Of a DNA stretch of 64,000 bases, positions 29,532-38,270 are shown one piece after another. The stretch's first letter is position 1, and each line of letters begins with the position of its first letter. The DNA is from a virus (lineage: Duplodnaviria > Caudoviricetes). A program made the translations under genes and the position numbers. The DNA lies in IMG/VR virus record IMGVR_UViG_3300020379_000218, positions 32,001-96,000 of that record; one strand, given 5' to 3'. The notes under the pieces were generated by a model. The model searched no databases. It had not been told where the DNA came from and worked only from the letters and a program-made list of their open reading frames with translations.

Positions 29532-30710
29532 ATGGCCGAGACAGAAAAACAAGTTGCCGAAATGACAGCTCCAGACGCTCCTAAAAAGAACGCCGTAGCT
29601 GCTGAAACTTCACCGTTAAAAAATGACGCTGAAGATTTAGGTGCTGCTGTAGTAAAACCTACAGATAGCAATCCAGACGCAACAAAAAAAGTTAAAGAAG
29701 TTTCAGGTGACGCACAGCAAAAAAACGCTGGTTCTGCTGAACCAATGCCTTCTGTAAAGAAGGAAGAAACTGCTTCTGAAGGCGAGAAGATTTCCGAGGG
29801 AGAAATGCCTGACGGTCTGAAAAAATTCCTAGATAAAAAGAAAGAAAAAGAAGAAACTAAAAAAGAAGGCTATAAGATGAAAAAAGAATCTGAAGCTGAA
29901 AAAGTGGACTCTAAATCTGAAAAATCTGAGGAAACAGCTGACCAGAAAGCAAAAGATGTTGATGTAAAAGAACACATTGACGCTTTGACCTCTGGCGAAT
30001 CAGACTTGTCGGAAGAATTTAAAACGAAAGCTGCTACTATTTTTGAAGCTGCGATTAAATCTAAAGTAAAAGAAATCGCTGAAGAAATGGAAGTAGACTA
30101 CAATAAGAAATTTGAAGAAGAAAGTGCTAAAGCAAAATCTGAACTTGTTGAAAAAGTTGACAATTACTTAAACTATGTTGTAAACGAGTGGATGAAAGAA
30201 AACGAACTTGCTATTGAAAAAGGTATCAAGGGAGAAATTGCTGAGGACTTCATCAACGGTCTGAAAAAACTTTTTGAAGACCATTATATTGATGTACCTG
30301 ATGAAAAATATGATGTGTTAGAAGACCAAGCTTCAAAAATTGAGTCGTTAGAGAAAAAACTAAACGAACAGATTGCGAAGAATGTTGACTTGAATAGTAA
30401 GGCTAACTTACTTGAAAAATCTGACATTTTAGCTGATGTTGCTTCTGATTTAACAGATGTCTCTAAAGAGAAATTTGCTAAACTTACAGAAGAAGTTGAA
30501 TTTTCAACGGCTGAAGATTTTAGAAACAAGGTAACTACTATCAAAGAAAGTTATTTTGGTGCTAAAAAAGAAGCTAATTCTGACAGCGAAGTAGATAATG
30601 CGGTAGCTGATAATGCTGGTGTAGACAATACGCAAGACTTATCTAGTGCAATGGCTGCTTATACTACCGCTATTAGTAAAACAAAAGACATTAAATTGTC
30701 TATAAAATAA
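29532..30710 (+). CDS. gp22: Prohead scaffolding protein gp22
   Basis: LSEEFKTKAATIFEAA, YLNYVVNEWMKEN; acidic coiled coil between gp21 and gp23. Confidence 0.93.
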   Translation: MAETEKQVAEMTAPDAPKKNAVAAETSPLKNDAEDLGAAVVKPTDSNPDATKKVKEVSGDAQQKNAGSAEPMPSVKKEETASEGEKISEGEMPDGLKKFLDKKKEKEETKKEGYKMKKESEAEKVDSKSEKSEETADQKAKDVDVKEHIDALTSGESDLSEEFKTKAATIFEAAIKSKVKEIAEEMEVDYNKKFEEESAKAKSELVEKVDNYLNYVVNEWMKENELAIEKGIKGEIAEDFINGLKKLFEDHYIDVPDEKYDVLEDQASKIESLEKKLNEQIAKNVDLNSKANLLEKSDILADVASDLTDVSKEKFAKLTEEVEFSTAEDFRNKVTTIKESYFGAKKEANSDSEVDNAVADNAGVDNTQDLSSAMAAYTTAISKTKDIKLSIK

Positions 30711-30732
30711 TAATAGGAGAGAGGAACAAGAT

Positions 30733-32073
30733 ATGTACTTATCTGAAAACTACCAAAAAAAGTGGCAGCCAGTATTAGAGCATCCTGATTTACCAAAAAT
30801 CACGGATACTTATAAACGAGCTGTTACCAGTGTTATCCTTGAGAACCAAGAGAAAGCACTAAAAGAAGACGCTCAGTTTATGACTGAAACTGCGCCTACT
30901 AACTCAACAGGTTCTTCAATCGCTAACTGGGATCCAATTTTGATTTCATTAGTAAGAAGAGCAATGCCAAACCTTATCGCTTACGATATTGCTGGCGTTC
31001 AACCTATGAGCGGTCCTACTGGTCTTATATTTGCAATGAGAAGCAGATACAAAGCTCAGGACGGTACTGAAGCATTATTTGATGAAGCAGAATCACAATT
31101 CTCAGCTGCAGGAACTAAAGCAAACATTCCTGGTTCAGCTGGTACTTCTTCTGCTGGAGAAACTAACCCTGCTGTACTTAACGACTCATCACCTGGAGCA
31201 TACACTGCTGAAGGTGGAATGTCTACTGCTAACGCAGAAGCATTAGGAGACGGTTCAACATCTGGATACGAGCAATTTGCTGAAATGGCATTCTCAATTG
31301 AGAAGTCAACGGTAACTGCTAAGTCAAGAGCATTGAAAGCCGAGTACACAATGGAACTTGCACAAGACCTTAAAGCTATTCACGGTTTAGACGCTGAGTC
31401 TGAACTTGCGAATATTCTTTCTGCTGAAATCCTTGCTGAAATCAATAGAGAAGTTGTAAGAACTATCTATGTAAATTCAGAAAAAGGTGCTCAGACTGAC
31501 ACAACTACTGCTGGTATCTTTGATTTAGATACTGACTCAAACGGTAGATGGTCTGTTGAAAGATTTAAAGGACTTATGTTCCAATTAGAAAGAGACGCTA
31601 ACGCTATCGCACAAAGAACAAGAAGAGGAAAAGGTAACATAATTATCTGTTCTTCTGATGTTGCTAGTGCATTACAAATGGCTGGTGTTTTAGACTATAC
31701 ACCTGCATTAAACAACAATTTATCTGTTGATGACGCAGGAAACACTTTTGCTGGAGTATTAAACGGCAGATTTAAAGTGTACATTGATCCATATTCAGCG
31801 AACCAAGCTAGCAAACAATTCTATGTTGTTGGTTACAAAGGTACTTCACCTTATGACGCTGGTATGTTCTACTGCCCTTATGTACCATTACAAATGGTTA
31901 GAGCAGTTGGTCAGGACACTTTCCAACCGAAAATCGGTTTCAAAACTAGATACGGCCTACAAGCAAATCCTTTTGCTGAAGCTTCTTCTAGTACAGACGC
32001 TGTAATTGACGGTGCTGGTGCTGCTAACGCTAACAGATACTACAGAAAAGTACAAATCGTTAACCTTGCGTAA
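30733..32073 (+). CDS. gp23: Major capsid protein gp23
   Basis: LVRRAMPNLIAYDIAGVQPMSGPTGLIFA, KSRALKAEY, FQPKIGFKTRYG. Confidence 0.98.
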   Translation: MYLSENYQKKWQPVLEHPDLPKITDTYKRAVTSVILENQEKALKEDAQFMTETAPTNSTGSSIANWDPILISLVRRAMPNLIAYDIAGVQPMSGPTGLIFAMRSRYKAQDGTEALFDEAESQFSAAGTKANIPGSAGTSSAGETNPAVLNDSSPGAYTAEGGMSTANAEALGDGSTSGYEQFAEMAFSIEKSTVTAKSRALKAEYTMELAQDLKAIHGLDAESELANILSAEILAEINREVVRTIYVNSEKGAQTDTTTAGIFDLDTDSNGRWSVERFKGLMFQLERDANAIAQRTRRGKGNIIICSSDVASALQMAGVLDYTPALNNNLSVDDAGNTFAGVLNGRFKVYIDPYSANQASKQFYVVGYKGTSPYDAGMFYCPYVPLQMVRAVGQDTFQPKIGFKTRYGLQANPFAEASSSTDAVIDGAGAANANRYYRKVQIVNLA

Positions 32074-32108
32074 TTGCAAATAACGATTGTATAGTAGACA
32101 ATCTTACG

Positions 32109-32140
32109 AAAAAAGGCGATGTAAAAGTCGCCTTTTTTTT
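32109..32140 (+). terminator. Rho-independent terminator after gp23, potentially bidirectional
   Basis: AAAAAAGGCGA-tgtaaaag-TCGCCTTTTTTTT. Confidence 0.88.
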
Positions 32141-32192
32141 AGCCCAAATTATAATATTAGTATATTCAGATTTTATTATATACATCAAATGC

Positions 32193-32223
32193 TTGACACA
32201 AAAACATCTTTATGTTATAAATA
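32193..32223 (+). promoter_or_regulatory. Composite sigma70-type and late promoter of the alkB-like gene
   Basis: TTGACA-17 bp-TATAAA, where the -10 box is part of TATAAATA (32216-32223). Confidence 0.7.
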
Positions 32224-32282
32224 ATATTAATAAGATAAACGAGTTATCTTTGCAATTAATGTCTGAAAGGACAGGAGGCATT

Positions 32283-33347
32283 ATGTTAAAGTTATTAACT
32301 AATGTCCGTTATTTCATTGCACCAGTATTAATAATCACAACAGCAATATCAATATTGTATGGCGGTCTATTTGCGTGGACTGGCGTTGCGTTATTAGGTG
32401 TTGGAATAATACTAGATACATTAATCACAAAGCAGACGAAAGGTGCCGTTGATGAAAACGGAGAAACACTAGGTATTGCTTGGTTGCAAAACACGGTTAT
32501 GTATCTTATGTTACCTGTGTTTATATTTCTACAATGTGCTGTCGCATACAAAATTTTTAGCGGTATCACAGGACTAGAACTTGTAGGCACTACCTTATCA
32601 GCTGGTATCTTTTTAGGTATCGGTATCATCTACGGACACGAACTATCGCATACGAAAGGTTTTGCTTTTGTTATTAGTAGATGGATGATGGCGTTAAGTG
32701 GGTCAGCACATTTCTGTTATGCTCATTGTTATAATCATCATTTAGAACTTGCGACAGAAGACGACCCAGCGACTGCTCCTCGTGGTCGTACAATCTATGG
32801 ACATTATCTACTTTCATATCTTGGTCAATCAAAGTTTCTTTTTGAAATGGAGAAAGCAAGATTACAAAGACTAGATAAATCTTTTATCTGTTTTGATAAC
32901 AGATGGATTAGAGGTTATCTAATGTCCGTACCTACCGTAGCACTTTTCTTTATGGCAGGTGGTTGGGTAGGTATTACTTGTCTCGCTGTAATGTGGGTAA
33001 TTTCAAACTTTGAATTAGAAGCTTTGAACTATCTGGAACATTATGGTTTGATAAGAGTAAAATCTCAACCTATTGATTACAGACACAATTGGGACAATTC
33101 AACATTGTTTACTTCTTGGTTCTTTATTGAAATCGGAAGACAAGCAGACCACCACGATAGAGGGGAAACTCACTTCTGGGAACTTGATGATGTTGGCGCT
33201 CCTAATACAGGTGTTGGATATTTCACTCTATTTACAATTGCATTAATACCACCATTGTTTAGAAAGTTTATGAAGAAACATTTAGACAAATGGGATAGAG
33301 ATTATGCAAGTAAAGAAGAACAAGAAATCGCAAAACAACTAGTCTAA
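32283..33347 (+). CDS. alkB: AlkB/XylM-family integral-membrane di-iron hydrocarbon monooxygenase
   Basis: His boxes HELSH, HCYNHH, NYLEHYG, QADHH; DPATAPRG; LIPPL; multiple TM segments. Start placed at ATG 32283 after an AGGAGG SD. Confidence 0.88.
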   Translation: MLKLLTNVRYFIAPVLIITTAISILYGGLFAWTGVALLGVGIILDTLITKQTKGAVDENGETLGIAWLQNTVMYLMLPVFIFLQCAVAYKIFSGITGLELVGTTLSAGIFLGIGIIYGHELSHTKGFAFVISRWMMALSGSAHFCYAHCYNHHLELATEDDPATAPRGRTIYGHYLLSYLGQSKFLFEMEKARLQRLDKSFICFDNRWIRGYLMSVPTVALFFMAGGWVGITCLAVMWVISNFELEALNYLEHYGLIRVKSQPIDYRHNWDNSTLFTSWFFIEIGRQADHHDRGETHFWELDDVGAPNTGVGYFTLFTIALIPPLFRKFMKKHLDKWDRDYASKEEQEIAKQLV

Positions 33348-33353
33348 TATCGG

Positions 33354-33381
33354 TCCCCTAGTTTTTACTAGGGGATTATTA
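33354..33381 (+). terminator. Hairpin terminator after the alkB-like gene
   Basis: TCCCCTAGT-tttt-ACTAGGGGA followed by TTATTT-like tail. Confidence 0.7.
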
Positions 33382-33386
33382 GGTCG

Positions 33387-33394
33387 TATAAATA
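33387..33394 (+). promoter_or_regulatory. T4-type late promoter (TATAAATA)
   Basis: Exact consensus 5 nt before the ATG at 33400, implying a near-leaderless mRNA. Confidence 0.7.
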
Positions 33395-33399
33395 GTAGT

Positions 33400-34023
33400 A
33401 TGACTATTACAGATTCAATTAAGCGACAACCAACGCAACTTGACTATGCAAGTCCAACGCAATTCAAGTTTAGTATAAACAAACTTCCAAAGGTTGAATA
33501 CTTTTGTACAGAAGTTAATATCCCTAGTTTGCAAATGAGTAATGCTACACAGGTTACTCCTTTGAGAGATATACCTTTACCTGGTACAAAACTTGACTTT
33601 GGTGATTTAGTACTTACATTTATGGTAGACGAAAAGTTAGAGAACTATGAAGAAGTATTTGGTTGGTTAAGAGGTCTTGGTTTTCCTGAAGACCACAACG
33701 ATTATGGTGTATTAGTCAACGCAGGAAGAGATAGATTTCCTACTGCCGGCAAAGGTAACATTAATAAAAATGCTGGTAGAGAAGGTAGCGCAATACCTCA
33801 AGGACCTATATTATCAGACGCAACACTTACCATACTATCTGCAAAGAACAACCCAATCAAAGAAGTGAGATTTAAAGACATATTTCCTGTATCTATTACA
33901 GGTGTCAACTATAGTCAACAAGCAAGTGATGTACAATACTTGACTAGTAGTGTGTCATTTAAATATCAGACATATACTTTTGCTGAACCTGGCAAGGATC
34001 CAAAAGTAAACTTTACAGCATAG
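33400..34023 (+). CDS. gp3: Tail completion/tube terminator protein gp3-like
   Basis: FKFSINKLPKVEYFC...NIP, F.VDEKLENY, SDATLTIL, F.DIFP.S; usual position before uvsY. Confidence 0.8.
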   Translation: MTITDSIKRQPTQLDYASPTQFKFSINKLPKVEYFCTEVNIPSLQMSNATQVTPLRDIPLPGTKLDFGDLVLTFMVDEKLENYEEVFGWLRGLGFPEDHNDYGVLVNAGRDRFPTAGKGNINKNAGREGSAIPQGPILSDATLTILSAKNNPIKEVRFKDIFPVSITGVNYSQQASDVQYLTSSVSFKYQTYTFAEPGKDPKVNFTA

Positions 34024-34027
34024 AAGC

Positions 34028-34056
34028 TTGACAAATTACTAGATTTAGTATATACT
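34028..34056 (+). promoter_or_regulatory. Sigma70-type promoter for uvsY
   Basis: TTGACA-17 bp-TATACT. Confidence 0.75.
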
Positions 34057-34087
34057 TTATATAAATCTAACAAACGGATACTAGATT

Positions 34088-34516
34088 ATGACATTAGAAG
34101 AATTACAAGAATTAGCAGATAAAAAATTAAAAATCAATGATACTGAGCTTGATATTGAAGCTCTTAAAACACCACAATTACATAATGAATTTTTGAAACA
34201 CTACAATAAGTTTAATCTTTTACTTACTAAAACAGAAAGTGAGTTAAGGATTATTAAATTACATAAGTGGGAATATTACACAGGGAAAGCAGACCCAGCA
34301 GTTTATCAAACTAAACCATTCAATTTAAAAATTCTAAAGCAAGATGTTGATAAGTACATTGAAGCAGATGAAGATTACATTAAGATTAAACAAAAAGTTG
34401 ACTACTTAAAAACTATATGTGATTTTCTGGACAAAACAATCAAACAAATATCAAATCGTGGATTCCTAATCAAGGATGCTATTGAATGGCGTAAGTTTAC
34501 TTCTGGCGCTATTTAA
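34088..34516 (+). CDS. uvsY: Recombination mediator UvsY
   Basis: KWEYYTGKA, YIEADE, RGFLIKDAIEWRKF. Confidence 0.9.
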   Translation: MTLEELQELADKKLKINDTELDIEALKTPQLHNEFLKHYNKFNLLLTKTESELRIIKLHKWEYYTGKADPAVYQTKPFNLKILKQDVDKYIEADEDYIKIKQKVDYLKTICDFLDKTIKQISNRGFLIKDAIEWRKFTSGAI

Positions 34517-34519
34517 TAG

Positions 34520-36001
34520 ATGGTAGAAAATCGTTATATTATATTAGAAAAGAAAGACGAAGTATATCTTTCAATTGAAGCCGAGAGCGACATTCGTAGA
34601 GAACTATCGGAGTTTTTTACTTTTGAAGTACCTGGTTATAAGTTTATGCCTCAATATAGAAATAGATATTGGGACGGAAAGATAAGACTATTTAAGTATG
34701 CAAGTGGTGAGATATACTATGGTCTTTTACCTTATGTTAGAAAATTTTGTGAAGATAACAATATACAAGTTGTTTCTAAAATTAAAGAACAAAGTAAACC
34801 ATTAGATAAGATAGAGTGTGCTAAATTTTGTAAAGCATTAAACATACCTTTAACTATTAGAGATTATCAATTCAATGCTTTCTATCACGCTATACAAGAA
34901 GATAGATGTTTATTACTATCGCCAACTGCTAGTGGTAAATCACTTATTGCATATCTAATATTGCGATTTCAACTATTACGATTAAAAGAAAAGAAAGCAA
35001 ATAAGATATTAATTATTGTACCTACAACATCATTAGTAGAACAATTGTATAAAGACTTTGGCGACTATGGTTATAATACTAAACATATACATAGAATATA
35101 TCAAGGACACGATAAAGATACTACAAAGAAAGTTATCATATCTACTTGGCAGTCTATTTACAAACTACCTAAAAAGTGGTTTGCACAATTTGGTTGTATA
35201 CTTGGTGACGAAGCACATTTATTTAAATCCCAGTCCCTAACAAGTATAATGACAAAGATGACTAATTGTAAGTATAGAATAGGTATGACAGGTACACTTG
35301 ATGGTAGTAAGACACATAAACTAGTATTAGAAGGTTTATTTGGTGCTGTAAATAGAGTTGCAAGTACAACTGATTTAATAGAAAAGAAACAACTAGCAGA
35401 ATTTAAGATACATTGTTTAATACTTAAACACGGAAAGAATAGTAAAGACTTTTTAAAAGATAAGAACTACCAAGAAGAAATGGACTTCTTGTGTGCTAGT
35501 AAAGCAAGAAATAAATATATAACGAACTTGACAAATGGTCTACAAGGTAATACTTTATTGTTATTTCAATATGTAGAGAAACACGGAAGAGTATTACAAG
35601 AACTTATAGAAAAGAAAGTAGAAGATGGTCGTAAAGTCTTCTTTGTATTTGGAGGAGTATCAGCAGATGATAGAGAACAAATTAGGGCAATTACTGAAAA
35701 GTCGGATAACGCAATTATTATCGCCAGTTATGGAACATTTTCCACTGGTATTAATATACGAAACTTACATAATATTATTTTTTCTAGTCCTAGTAAGAGT
35801 AGGATAAGAAATCTACAATCTATTGGTCGTGGTTTACGACTAGGAGATAACAAAGTAAATGCGACACTATACGATATATCAGATGATGTATCATATGGAG
35901 AAAAAGAAAATTACACATTGCAACACTTCCGAGAAAGAATAAATATATACAATGAAGAGAACTTTGATTATGAAATTCACAATGTGGAACTAAAGGAGTA
36001 A
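34520..36001 (+). CDS. uvsW: SF2 DNA helicase UvsW
   Basis: RDYQ, SPTASGKS, DEAH, TGT, QSIGRGLR. Confidence 0.96.
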   Translation: MVENRYIILEKKDEVYLSIEAESDIRRELSEFFTFEVPGYKFMPQYRNRYWDGKIRLFKYASGEIYYGLLPYVRKFCEDNNIQVVSKIKEQSKPLDKIECAKFCKALNIPLTIRDYQFNAFYHAIQEDRCLLLSPTASGKSLIAYLILRFQLLRLKEKKANKILIIVPTTSLVEQLYKDFGDYGYNTKHIHRIYQGHDKDTTKKVIISTWQSIYKLPKKWFAQFGCILGDEAHLFKSQSLTSIMTKMTNCKYRIGMTGTLDGSKTHKLVLEGLFGAVNRVASTTDLIEKKQLAEFKIHCLILKHGKNSKDFLKDKNYQEEMDFLCASKARNKYITNLTNGLQGNTLLLFQYVEKHGRVLQELIEKKVEDGRKVFFVFGGVSADDREQIRAITEKSDNAIIIASYGTFSTGINIRNLHNIIFSSPSKSRIRNLQSIGRGLRLGDNKVNATLYDISDDVSYGEKENYTLQHFRERINIYNEENFDYEIHNVELKE

Positions 36002-36003
36002 GT

Positions 36004-36474
36004 ATGCCAGATAAAACAGACAGAAATCCTGACGGAACTACCTCAATCAAAATCGTAAAGATTATGAATGGCGCTGATATTGTATGCGTTATTCCTGCTA
36101 CGGTAGACCAGCAAAAATCGCCGTTGCTGACATTAGACAAACCATTAGAAATAAAATATGTTCCACAAATTACTAACATTGGTGTTAAAGATTATATAGC
36201 ACTAGTGAAGTGGGCAGCTTACACAAACGACCAACTGGTCACAATTCCCAAAGACAAGATATTGACGATTACTAACGCTAGTGAAGAAATGATTAAATCT
36301 TACAAGCAAGTGATACACGACTACACTAACCACGATAAAGTGATGAGACGAGAAGACAATCCGAGAACTGAAAGACTTATGGATAGAGAAATGATGAGAC
36401 AAGATGAACTTGACGAATATGAAGAGATATTTGAGGCCTTTAATGATGTTAAAAAGAAAAGTACAATTCACTAA
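36004..36474 (+). CDS. Conserved T4-like hypothetical protein between uvsW and gp55
   Basis: IVKIMNGADIVC motif; AAGGAG SD. Confidence 0.7.
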   Translation: MPDKTDRNPDGTTSIKIVKIMNGADIVCVIPATVDQQKSPLLTLDKPLEIKYVPQITNIGVKDYIALVKWAAYTNDQLVTIPKDKILTITNASEEMIKSYKQVIHDYTNHDKVMRREDNPRTERLMDREMMRQDELDEYEEIFEAFNDVKKKSTIH

Positions 36475-36515
36475 ACGCTACTCTATAGACTCTATCTCTC
36501 AGCGGCAACACGCTG

Positions 36516-36544
36516 ATAATAACATAGGAAATTTAATCTGTCAA
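36516..36544 (-). promoter_or_regulatory. Antisense sigma70-type promoter, divergent from the gp55 promoter
   Basis: Minus strand reads TTGACA-gattaaatttcctatgt(17)-TATTAT with an extended TG. Confidence 0.6.
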
Positions 36545-36580
36545 GCGCCTATGCCAGAAACTGGAAATTTTCACAGGTGC

Positions 36581-36609
36581 TTGACCTTTGAAACAAAATA
36601 TAGTATAGT
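36581..36609 (+). promoter_or_regulatory. Sigma70-type promoter for gp55
   Basis: TTGACC-17 bp-TATAGT, 9 nt before the ATG. Confidence 0.65.
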
Positions 36610-36618
36610 GAGAACATA

Positions 36619-37206
36619 ATGACAACTACAGAAACAAAAAAGAAAAGAGTACGAATCCCTGCCAAAAAAGAGCACTATGTAAATAACAAAGAGTTTCTTC
36701 AGGCGATGATTGAGTACAAAGAGAAATGCAAAAAAGCAGAAGCGAGAGGACGAAAGAATCCTCCGGTTACGAATTACATAGGTGAATGTTTTTTAAAGAT
36801 TGCAAACCATTTATCATACAGACCTAACTTTATTAATTATACATTTAGAGACGATATGATTTCTGATGGCATAGAGAATTGTTTACAATATCTAGGTAAC
36901 TTTAATCCAGAAAAATCAAACAATCCTTTTGCCTATTTTACACAAATTATCTATTATGCGTTTGTTAGAAGAATACAGAAAGAGAAAAAACAAACAACAA
37001 TCAAACACAAACTTATTCAGGATGCCAACTATGATGATATGACATTGCAACCTGGAGACGATAGAGATTTTAAAAATCAGTTTACAGAATTCTTACAAAA
37101 GAACTTACCTGTACAAGAACCAACAAGTGAACCAGCACCCACGAAACCAAAAGGTGCAAAACTAAAGAGAACTAGAAAAGCAAAGATTAATTTAGAGAAC
37201 TTTTAA
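36619..37206 (+). CDS. gp55: Late-transcription sigma factor gp55
   Basis: HYVNNKEF, YRPNFINYT, DGIENC, NPFAYFTQI. Confidence 0.95.
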   Translation: MTTTETKKKRVRIPAKKEHYVNNKEFLQAMIEYKEKCKKAEARGRKNPPVTNYIGECFLKIANHLSYRPNFINYTFRDDMISDGIENCLQYLGNFNPEKSNNPFAYFTQIIYYAFVRRIQKEKKQTTIKHKLIQDANYDDMTLQPGDDRDFKNQFTEFLQKNLPVQEPTSEPAPTKPKGAKLKRTRKAKINLENF

Positions 37207-37208
37207 TT

Positions 37209-38270
37209 ATGAAGATAGCGTTATTGAATGATACTCACTTCGGTGCGAGAAGTGATAGTCCTGCATTTATCAAATATTTTAACCGGTTTTATGACGAGAT
37301 ATTTTTCCCATACCTAGAAGAACACAAGATAACAACACTTATTCATTTAGGTGATGTTGTTGATAGAAGAAAGTTTATTAACTTTAATACAGCACATAAC
37401 TTTCAAAATAAATTCTGGAAAAGACTATGGGATATGAAAATAGATACTCATATTATACTTGGCAACCACGATACTTATTATAAGAATACAAACTCTATTA
37501 ATAGTATGCAACAATTGATTACTACTTTTGATGGTATCAATGAACCATTTATATATGAGAAACCAAAGACGGTTGAGTTTGATGGTCTACCTATACTATT
37601 CGTTCCTTGGATATGTCCAGAGAATGAAGAAGAAAGTCTATACGAAATAGAAAATTCACAAGCACAAATTTGTATGGGTCACCTTGAAGTTAAAGGTTTT
37701 GAAATGCACAAAGGACACTTCCAAGAACACGGACTAGAGATAGACTTATTTAAAAGATTTGACAAAGTATTATCTGGTCACTATCATAGAAAATCAGATA
37801 ATGGTACTATCTACTATCTAGGTACACAATACGAAATTACTTGGTCAGATTATCAATGCCCTAAAGGTTTTCATATATTTGATACAGATACTAGAGAACT
37901 TACAAGAGTGCCTAATCCTATTAATATGTTTAAGAAGATAACATATAACGATAAGAAAAATAACTATGCAAATATGGATATATCTGAATACGAAGATTGT
38001 TTTGTAAAAGTTATAGTAGAAGAAAAACAAGATGTAAATATGTTTGGTGAGTTTATAGACAGATTACATAATGAGATACATACACACGAAGTTAATGTCA
38101 TAGAAGATAGTTATAATATAAATTCAACTGCCAATATTAATATTGTAGACCAAGGTGAAGATACTTTAACCTTCTTACAAAATTATATTAATAGTTTAGA
38201 TACTGAACTAGATAAGCACAAGATGAATACAATAGTTAAAGACTTATATAATGAGGTGCAAGATAAGTGA
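37209..38270 (+). CDS. gp47: Recombination endonuclease subunit gp47 (Mre11/SbcD-like)
   Basis: DTHFG, HLGDVVDRR, GNHD, SGHYH. Confidence 0.95.
   Translation: MKIALLNDTHFGARSDSPAFIKYFNRFYDEIFFPYLEEHKITTLIHLGDVVDRRKFINFNTAHNFQNKFWKRLWDMKIDTHIILGNHDTYYKNTNSINSMQQLITTFDGINEPFIYEKPKTVEFDGLPILFVPWICPENEEESLYEIENSQAQICMGHLEVKGFEMHKGHFQEHGLEIDLFKRFDKVLSGHYHRKSDNGTIYYLGTQYEITWSDYQCPKGFHIFDTDTRELTRVPNPINMFKKITYNDKKNNYANMDISEYEDCFVKVIVEEKQDVNMFGEFIDRLHNEIHTHEVNVIEDSYNINSTANINIVDQGEDTLTFLQNYINSLDTELDKHKMNTIVKDLYNEVQDK

Noticed and set aside
36404-36619. 71-aa ORF upstream of gp55
   Set aside because: Overlaps the previous gene and spans two promoters and a hairpin; more likely regulatory DNA
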